A stretch of DNA of 64,000 nucleotides from Leidyana gryllorum EB-2025a (lineage: Eukaryota; Protista; Apicomplexa): contig JBLWGC010000061.1 in NCBI GenBank assembly GCA_048772705.1, forward strand, positions 13,304 through 77,303, written 5' to 3'. Below, in pieces: positions 57,095-64,000 of the stretch. Within the stretch, counting starts at the first letter, position 1. Every line of letters begins with the position of its first letter. The notes under the pieces are model-generated. The model was not told the origin of the DNA, made no database searches, and saw only the letters and a program-made list of their open reading frames with translations. The position numbers and the translations under genes were made by a program.

Positions 57095-57174
57095 TGACAA
57101 GAGTGGGATTCGAACCCACGCCCTTTCGGACTACGGCCTGAACACAGCGCCTTAGACCACTCGGCCATCTTGCC
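57095..57174 (-). tRNA. tRNA-Leu(CAG)
   Basis: Inverted-repeat partner of 41494; one stem change. Confidence 0.82.
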
Positions 57175-57270
57175 GCGGTCTTGTTGGTTCGTCGCTCCAC
57201 GCGGTTTTTGTCCGTAGAATCTCGAAACTGGTAAGACGTCTGAGGCTGAAGGCCGGCGTGTTTGCGAGCG

Positions 57271-57342
57271 TCCGAGATAGTATAGTGGTTAGTATTTCCG
57301 CCTGTCACGCGGAAGACCCGGGTTCGATTCCCGGTCTCGGAG
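57271..57342 (+). tRNA. tRNA-Asp(GTC)
   Basis: Intact. Confidence 0.9.
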
Positions 57343-57533
57343 CACAGTTGATTTCGCTTAAGATTCTCCCCTTTGGTTCCCGCTGAAAGTTGCGAGCTAC
57401 AGCCACCGAGGATCGAAGTCGGGACCTTCTGCGTGTGAAGCAGACGTCGTGACCACTAGACCATGGCTGCAGCGAAGGTCCCGCAGACCAAGAGAAGTGG
57501 CGAGGTTTTAAGAAGTAGTGAGGACTAGTTTTG

Positions 57534-57605
57534 AGGTCGCGCCGGGAATCGAACCCAGGTCGGGAGATTCAGAGTCTCCAGTGCTAACCACTACACCACG
57601 CAACC
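57534..57605 (-). tRNA. tRNA-Gln(CTG)
   Basis: Intact. Confidence 0.9.
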
Positions 57606-58015
57606 AATTCAGTCCTTCCCAAAAAAGAGTTGGTAGAGCCATCGGACTAGCGCTCCTTCAAGTAGGTCATCAGGTTACGTGTTTCCAGAGACACACGCCT
57701 TTTTTCCCAGTCCGCAAGCTCCGTGCAGTCATGGTGTAGTGGTCACGACGTCTGCTTCACACGCAGTAGTTGCCGAGTTTGATCCTCGGTGGCTGTAGCT
57801 CGCAACTTTCAGCGAGAACCAAAGGAGAGAATCTCAAGCGAAACCAACTGCGTTTCGAGACCGGGAATCGAACCCGGGTCTTCCGCGTGTCAGGCGGAAA
57901 TACTAACCACTAGACTGACTCGGATGCTCCGAACACGCCGGCCTCCAATCCCAGCAGTCTTTCTATTTTGACTCACGAACAGAAAACGTGTAAAGCGGCG
58001 AGCCAAGAGCACTCC

Positions 58016-58095
58016 GGCAAGATGGCCGAGTGGTCTAAGGCGCTGTGTTAAGGCCGCAGTCCGAAAGGGCGTGGGTTCGAATCCAACTCTTGTCA
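58016..58095 (+). tRNA. tRNA-Leu(AAG)
   Basis: One T-stem mismatch shared with inverted-repeat partner. Confidence 0.78.
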
Positions 58096-58155
58096 GCCAT
58101 GGTATCGGCACTCGGTCAGCCACTGGATGCAATAGGTCTTCCATGTTGTACGGAT

Positions 58156-58228
58156 GGGCGGCTAGCTCAGATGGTGCAGCGCTCGCTTTGCATGCGAGAG
58201 GTACTGGGATCGATACCCAGGTCGTCCA
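58156..58228 (+). tRNA. tRNA-Ala(TGC), D-arm variant
   Basis: TT-TGC-AT. Confidence 0.7.
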
Positions 58229-58819
58229 AACTCCATGCAATTTTGGCTGCAGAGAAACGGCTGGCGCGTGGTCCAAAAACGTGAATGTTGTTATTTCAAT
58301 CTAGTCGAAAAGCCGCCGACTACGTGGCGCAATGGATAGCGCGTTGGACTTCTAATCCAAAGGTTGCGAGTTCGAGTCTTGCCGTAGGTAGCCAAATGCT
58401 CAGCACTTTACTTCGATGATTTGGCTGACTAGCTGCCTTCGCCGTGGAATGTTGCCCACTGTAGTCTGAGTGGCTAGGATATGCGGCCTCACCCGCAAGC
58501 TCCGCGCTCAAGTCCGGCAATGGAAGTCAGTGGCTGAAGTCAGTGGAATACTTGAGCAAAGTGCCCAGCAATCTCCGTCAATAGTGTCTGATTCGTGATC
58601 TTCGGCTTGCATTGCCTTCTCAGCTTAGGGGCAGAGCATTCGCTTACTAACCGAGAGGTCGCCAGTTCGATTCCGGCAGAAGGCTTTGATGCATCGATAA
58701 GCTTATAAAGAATGGCTATCACCAGGTACAAGATTGAACAGGAGCGTGTTCCGCATCTGTGGTCTAGTGGAAGAGTCTCTCGCTGCGATCGAGATAACCC
58801 GTGGTTCCGATTCCAACCG

Positions 58820-58892
58820 TGGGAGTGGAGAGGATCGAACTCTCGACTTCAGGATTATGAGACCTACGCGCTACCGACTGCGCTACACTCCC
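58820..58892 (-). tRNA. tRNA-Met(CAT) elongator
   Basis: Intact. Confidence 0.9.
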
Positions 58893-59519
58893 TAATGGAA
58901 CTTCTCTCGATGTATCTCCTCCTGTCAGAAGGGTGCACGGGGATGCTGTCCACAACAAGGACAGCCAGCTGAGACAAAAAATGAGTTGCAGCAATTGTGA
59001 GGGGCTGGAACCCGACCACTCGCCCAGACGCTACTGGGACTCGACCCCAGAATCCCAGGTTCCGTAGACCGATGCCATATCCATTAGGCCATAGCGCCAA
59101 TCAACGGAGCCGTCGAATGAAAGTGTGTAGCCATCAAGAGAAAGTTCCATTAGAGACACCGGAGACATATTGGGCGAGCCAGGAATCGAGCCTGGGTTTG
59201 CACGACCATCAACGTGTTGTCCTAGCCACTAGATGACTGGGACAAATCTTTGGACGAGGCCGTAGAGGTAGCGAAGCATCGATTAGGATGGGATGGAACA
59301 GGAGCGTCAGACGAACTACGTTGTAAGAAGTCCACTCATCAACTTCCGGTGGGACGGAATTTACTCGTCGAATATCTGATGTCACCACTACAGACAGATT
59401 CGTTGCCATCTGAGCACGCCGGGCCGTAAGAGTACTTCGGGGCGGTACACCGCACCCAGAACGACATCGACAGTCGCAACGGAAGCCGTTCACACGCTGG
59501 AATTCAGAAGGAAAGTAAC

Positions 59520-59603
59520 GCACAGATGCCCGAGTGGTCTAAGGGGCCAGACTCAAGTTCTGGTAGGCGCAAGTCTGCATGGGTTCGAATCCCATTCTGT
59601 GCA
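59520..59603 (+). tRNA. tRNA-Leu(CAA)
   Basis: Intact. Confidence 0.9.
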
Positions 59604-59983
59604 ACGGCCATCATCCCCGCAAGTAGGGTGGAGAAGGCCACAGTGGATTCGAGTCTCCATTTGTATATCCGGTTGCATGCACCCAAGTATTCGGCTATTG
59701 CTCTGGATCCTTCCTTGGGGTGGAAGCGTCCTGGGTTCGATTCGCAGAACAGCCCTAATGGTCGTCGGTTGACCCGACGGGACAAGTTGCCCTCAGAACC
59801 AACACAGCATTTCATTAGCCCACTTCGGTAGGGCAGTCAGGGCAACTTCCATGTTGCAGACTGAGGAGTGTAGCTCAGTGAAAAGTGTTGGGCTCATAAT
59901 CCAAAGGTCCGTCGATCGAAACGACGCACTGCTAAGTGTGCGCAGAAGGGGAACATTTATAGAATCGATTGCCTCGCGAGCAC

Positions 59984-60055
59984 AGCCTTCTGCCGGAATC
60001 GAACCGGCGACCTTTCGCTTACTAAGCGAGTGCTCTGCCCCTAAGCTAAGAAGGC
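59984..60055 (-). tRNA. tRNA-Thr(AGT)
   Basis: One stem change. Confidence 0.82.
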
Positions 60056-60330
60056 ATTCTCTGTCTCGATCCATATGAGGGTTTGATGCTGGGAATAGCA
60101 TCATTTCCACCACAGAATTCATGCGTGAGTTGGCGTGTGACCCCTCCAATCACATCGCACGACAACTGCTGGATCTGCACCAGCGCGGCCCAGGCCCAGT
60201 TGAATTCCAATCTACCCCCCTCCCCACTCGGGCAAGTTGGCAACTGTCGATTCCGTCATGCTGCGAGGAGTGGGTCTCACATACGGCCGCGATAAGTGCT
60301 TATTTTCACCGCCTTCCATGACTACCTACC

Positions 60331-60403
60331 GCCTCGGTAGCTCAGTTGGGAGAGCGCCAGACTGAAGATCTGGAAGTCCCGTGTTCGATCCACGGCCGAG
60401 GCA
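60331..60403 (+). tRNA. tRNA-Phe(GAA)
   Basis: Intact. Confidence 0.92.
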
Positions 60404-60846
60404 AAGAGGGTGTGACATTCGGTGTCATTCTTCGCACCCGTGCGAGCCTTCTGCCTCCATCAGATACCTGTTTCCAGAGACACACGCCGCTTTCACAGTC
60501 CGGACGCTCCGTGCAGCAATGGTCTAGTGCTTACGACGTCTGCTTCACACGCAGAAGTTCCCGAGTTCGATCCTTGGTGGCTGTAGCTCGCAACTTTCAG
60601 CGAGAACCAAAGGAGAGAATCTCAAGCGAAACCAAGTGTGCTCCGAGACCGGGAATCGAACCGGGGTCCTCCGCGTGGTAGGCGGAAATCCTAACCGCTA
60701 TACTATCCCGGACGCTCTGGATACGCCGGCCTCCAACCCCAAGAGTCCTTCCATTTTGTTGTGCAGACCCCGTCGCATTTTGTTGATTCTCAACATAGTA
60801 TGACCACTCTCGCGACTGTGCTCACCGGGTTGCACGACCGACAGAC

Positions 60847-60918
60847 GGCTGTTTGGTCTAGTGGTATGATTCTTCCTTCGGGTGGAAGAAGTCCTGGGTT
60901 CGATTCCCAGAACAGCCC
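60847..60918 (+). tRNA. tRNA-Pro(CGG)
   Basis: Intact. Confidence 0.9.
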
Positions 60919-61125
60919 CGTTGGTTGTCGGTTGACCCGACGCTCCACCTCAGATCAAGATGGTACAGCTCTCATCCGAAGCCTCAGCTCGGGAGCTTGT
61001 CAACTGTAGTCCAAGTGGTTAGGATATGCGGCTTTCACCCGTACAATCCCGAATGAAGTCCAGACCAGCTGAGACAAAATCTGAGTGGCAGCAGTTGTGA
61101 GGGGCTGCAAGCCCACAACTTTCCC

Positions 61126-61198
61126 AGACGCTACTGGGACTCGAACCCAGAATCCCCGGTTCCGTAGACCGATGCCATATCCATTAGGCCATAGCGCC
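61126..61198 (-). tRNA. tRNA-Arg(ACG)
   Basis: Intact. Confidence 0.9.
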
Positions 61199-61730
61199 GG
61201 CAAGGGTTTTTTATTCGAGACTGCCGGGACTCGAACCCGGGCTCCAAGCATGGGAAGCTCGCATCCTACCCTTGGACTTCTACCCGAGACTCGGGCGGAG
61301 TTTGCGTTGAGCTTGTGGGTGCGTCACACTACTGCAGGTTCCAAACCTGCGACTGTGTGGCTAGAAGACTTATCCTCTGCCCACGGAGCTAACAGACTCA
61401 GCTAGGCTGATTGGAGCTCGAAACACTCAAGCTTTGTAGCTTCCCAGTCGATGCAGTCCAGCCTTCTGCCGCAATCGAACCAGCGACCTTTCGCTTACAA
61501 AGCGAATGCTCTGCCTCTAAGCTAAGAAGGCTTCCCCTGTGTCGATCCATATGAGGGTTTGATGCTGGAAATAGCATCAGCTCAACCACAGGATTCATGC
61601 GTAAGTTGGTGTCTGACCCCTCCAATCATATCGCACGACAACTGCTGGATCTGCACTAGTTCCTCACTCGGGCAAGTTAGCAACTGTCGATTCCGTCATG
61701 TGGCGAGGAGTGGCCCCACACCTGAAGATT

Positions 61731-61802
61731 GTCCGAATCGTCTAGTGGTTAGGACAGCACGTTGTGGCCGTGCAAACCCAGGCTCGATTCCTGGCTCGGA
61801 CA
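61731..61802 (+). tRNA. tRNA-His(GTG)
   Basis: His body; T-loop CTCGATT. Confidence 0.75.
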
Positions 61803-62265
61803 GTATGTCTCTGGATTCTCGGATGGGAACTCTTGCCGGATCGACAACGCTTGATCCCAACACACTCTCATTTGACGCCCCCGTTGATCGGCGGTATGGC
61901 CCAATGGATGTGGCGTCGGTCCACGGAACTGGGGATTGTGGGCTCGAGTCCCAGTAGCGTCTGGGCGAGTGGTCGGGTTTTAGCCCCTCACAACTGATGC
62001 AAATCAGATTTTGTCTCAGCTGTCTAGACTTCATGCGGGATTGTACGGGGTAAGAGCCGCATATCTTAGCCGACCTTGGAGAGACGCGGAGTGAGACAAC
62101 AATTGTAAGACGTGCTGTTCTGGAAATCGAGCCCAGACTCCTTCCACCCAAGGAAGGAACATACTAGACCAAACAGCCGAACGGATGGTGGTGCAACTAT
62201 GCTATGAAGAATCACGAAATGCTGTGGCGTCTGCACACCGAGCGACTAGCGCAACAAGTTATTAC

Positions 62266-62336
62266 GCATCTGTGGTCTAGTGGTAGAATGTCTCGTTGTC
62301 ATCGAGACGACCCGGGTTCGATTCCCGGCAGATGCA
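62266..62336 (+). tRNA. tRNA-Gly body with GTC (Asp) anticodon
   Basis: Single GCC>GTC change in otherwise consensus Gly. Confidence 0.78.
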
Positions 62337-62521
62337 CAGGAGATGGCACCTGGTTGATTGTGCCACGCCAGGCCCATTCTAGTCTACCCCCTTAACCACT
62401 CGGGCAAGTTGCCACCTGTCGAACTCGGCATTTTGCGGCCAGTGATGTCACATACGGTTAAGCAAGCTTGACTAGGACCCCAAACCGTTGTGAAAAGTGC
62501 CAGCGAGTAAGAGATGTCGTC

Positions 62522-62603
62522 GGCAAGGTGGCCGAGTGGTTAAGGCGGCGGCCTGCTAAGCCGTTGGGTGCCACCCGCGTGAGTTCGAATCTCACCCTTG
62601 TCG
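62522..62603 (+). tRNA. tRNA-Ser(GCT)
   Basis: Intact. Confidence 0.86.
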
Positions 62604-62894
62604 GTAGCATTCGGGGAGAGCGCAACTGGTTGAATGATTGAACTGAGGTTTTTGCCCGACTCGAATCCAATTCTTGACGCTGGGGTCTGTATACAAGACC
62701 CGTGTTGCATGTGTCCAGTTGAGGAAGCGCCAGTCCGACTCTTCTGGGATGGGCTGAACCGGTTGCGTCCTTGGTGGTTAGCACTCGACACTTTGGATTT
62801 TGCGACCTGGGTTCGATCCCGGCGCGACCCTTGAACTGGTCCTCACTACTCCCTGAAGCTTCGCCACTTCTCTTGGGCTGCGGGGACCATCCAT

Positions 62895-62967
62895 GCAGCC
62901 ATGGTCTAGTGGTTACGACGTCTGCTTAACACGCAGAAGGTCCCGAGTTCGATCCTCGGTGGCTGTA
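62895..62967 (+). tRNA. tRNA-Val(AAC)
   Basis: Intact. Confidence 0.9.
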
Positions 62968-63022
62968 GCTCGCAACTTTCAGCGGGCACCAAAAAAGACA
63001 ATCTTAAGCGAGATCAATTGTG

Positions 63023-63094
63023 CTCCGAGACCGGGAATCGAACCCGGGTCTTCCGCGTGACAGGCGGAAATACTAACCACTATACTATCTCGGA
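63023..63094 (-). tRNA. tRNA-Asp(GTC)
   Basis: Intact. Confidence 0.9.
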
Positions 63095-63304
63095 CGCTCC
63101 GAACACACCGGCCTGAAACCCCAAAAGTCCTTCCATCTTGAGATTCCAGGGATAGAACACGCGTGGAGCGGCGAGCCAACAAAATCCCGGCAAGATGACC
63201 GGGTGGTCTGAGGCGCTGTGCTCAGACCGGAGTCCGAAAGGTCGTGGGTTCGAATCCCACTTTTGTCAGGTTGCGTCCCAAACGGGAAAAACATAGAGTC
63301 CGGT

Positions 63305-63376
63305 TGAGCCCAGAGTGATTCGAACACCCAACCTTCTGATCTGGAGTCAGACGCGCTACCGTGGCGCCATAGGCCC
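63305..63376 (-). tRNA. tRNA-Trp(CCA)
   Basis: One D-loop change. Confidence 0.8.
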
Positions 63377-63549
63377 AAAACCATCCCCCGTTCCAGACTC
63401 ATTTACCGGCAATCGGGCCTGCTTCTTAGGCCTGACATGCGAAAATAGTAACCACTATGCTATCTCGGACGCTCTGAACACGCCACGGACATTCCATTCG
63501 TTCAGAAAACGGCCGTTACCGTGTACGAGCTTCAACAACAAGGTGTCAC

Positions 63550-63620
63550 GCATCTGTGGTCTAGTGGTAGAATGTCTCGTTGCCATCGAGACGACCCGGG
63601 CTCGATTCCCGGCAGATGCA
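63550..63620 (+). tRNA. tRNA-Gly(GCC), T-loop variant
   Basis: GGGCTCGATT. Confidence 0.72.
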
Positions 63621-63697
63621 GAAGACACATGATTGTTTTCCCACCATTCCAGGGATTCACGCTTGAGTTGGTGTCTGACCCCTCCAATCACATCGCA

Positions 63698-63779
63698 CGA
63701 CAACTGCTGGATCTGAACCAGCGCGGGCCATGCCCAGTAGATTTCTAGTCTACCCCCGTAACCACTCGGGCAAGTTGCC
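63698..63779 (-). tRNA. tRNA-Ser(AGA) variant
   Basis: Copy of the 48954-49035 variant. Confidence 0.62.
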
Positions 63780-64000
63780 GCTGTCGAACTTGGCATTTTG
63801 CGGCCAGTGGCTTCACATACGATTCAGCGAGCTTTGCTAGGACTGCTCGCGCCGCCCGAACCCGCGGTTCTCCCTTCAAAAGTCTTGCGCTCTACCGACG
63901 GAGTTGGGGCGGCAAGGAAGCTCGCCCCGTACCCGAGGAAGGCACAGGATTCCACGATCAATACAAATGGAATTGGTTACTAAGTCCGAATTTGTATCAG

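Larger units (their letters stand above)
56566..60247 (-). repeat. ~3.7-kb inverted segmental duplication, right arm (partner 38421-42100)
   Basis: Near-identical reverse complement with scattered SNPs and small indels. Confidence 0.95.
1..64000. repeat. Shuffled tRNA gene/pseudogene array, open at both window ends
   Basis: A-box (TRGCNNARY.G) and B-box (GTTCRA..C) cloverleafs recur every ~150-200 bp on both strands, with family-specific flanks reused. Confidence 0.97.

Noticed and set aside
161-63983. Hundreds of 60-213 aa ORFs, many with recurring peptide motifs (GSIP, GFEP, GIEP)
   Set aside because: These are translations of tRNA T-arms and A/B boxes on both strands; frames overlap, break at indels between copies, and show no recognisable protein domain.
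1-64000. CRISPR-like repeat/spacer array
   Set aside because: Repeats are 71-84 nt cloverleafs of many families in both orientations, spacers are themselves repeated, and there are no cas genes.
1-64000. Bacterial, phage or organellar tRNA array
   Set aside because: No encoded CCA, eukaryotic iMet signatures, a 37/38 intron in Tyr, A34 anticodons (AGC, AAT, AGT, AGG, AAC, AGA, AAG) and an LTR insertion all indicate a nuclear eukaryotic origin.
1-64000. tRNA-derived SINEs or retrocopies
   Set aside because: No poly(A) or simple-repeat tails, no TSDs, no CCA; the Tyr intron is retained and both flanks are co-duplicated.
1-64000. 5S rRNA, U6, SRP or other Pol III genes interspersed with the tRNAs
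   Set aside because: No recognisable motifs found by eye; an Rfam cmscan is needed to exclude them formally.
1-64000. Species assignment (e.g. Phytophthora or another oomycete)
   Set aside because: Plausible from base composition and tRNA style but not verifiable without BLAST of the tRNAs or the LTR.

Overview
The window has no credible protein-coding gene. Almost all 64 kb is a very dense eukaryotic tRNA-gene mosaic: intact genes, anticodon-shifted variants, chimeras and decayed pseudogenes on both strands, roughly one tRNA-derived unit per 150-200 bp by manual estimate (a few hundred in total). All 20 amino acids plus initiator Met are represented. The genes are nuclear-eukaryotic in type: no encoded CCA, an iMet with A1-U72 and an AUCGAAA T-loop, and Tyr with an intron at 37/38. 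An oomycete or other protist host is plausible but cannot be shown from this sequence. Genes carry characteristic flanks and recur in multi-gene blocks of 0.4-3.7 kb that have been duplicated, inverted and re-ordered, and several junctions fall inside tRNA genes. Almost none of the genes checked has an oligo-dT Pol III terminator. The only clearly foreign sequence is a 602-bp solo LTR (4751-5352) with a 5-bp target-site duplication. The ORF track consists of shadow frames of tRNA sequence. tRNA coordinates were read by hand and may be off by 1-2 nt; many degenerate copies are not listed individually.
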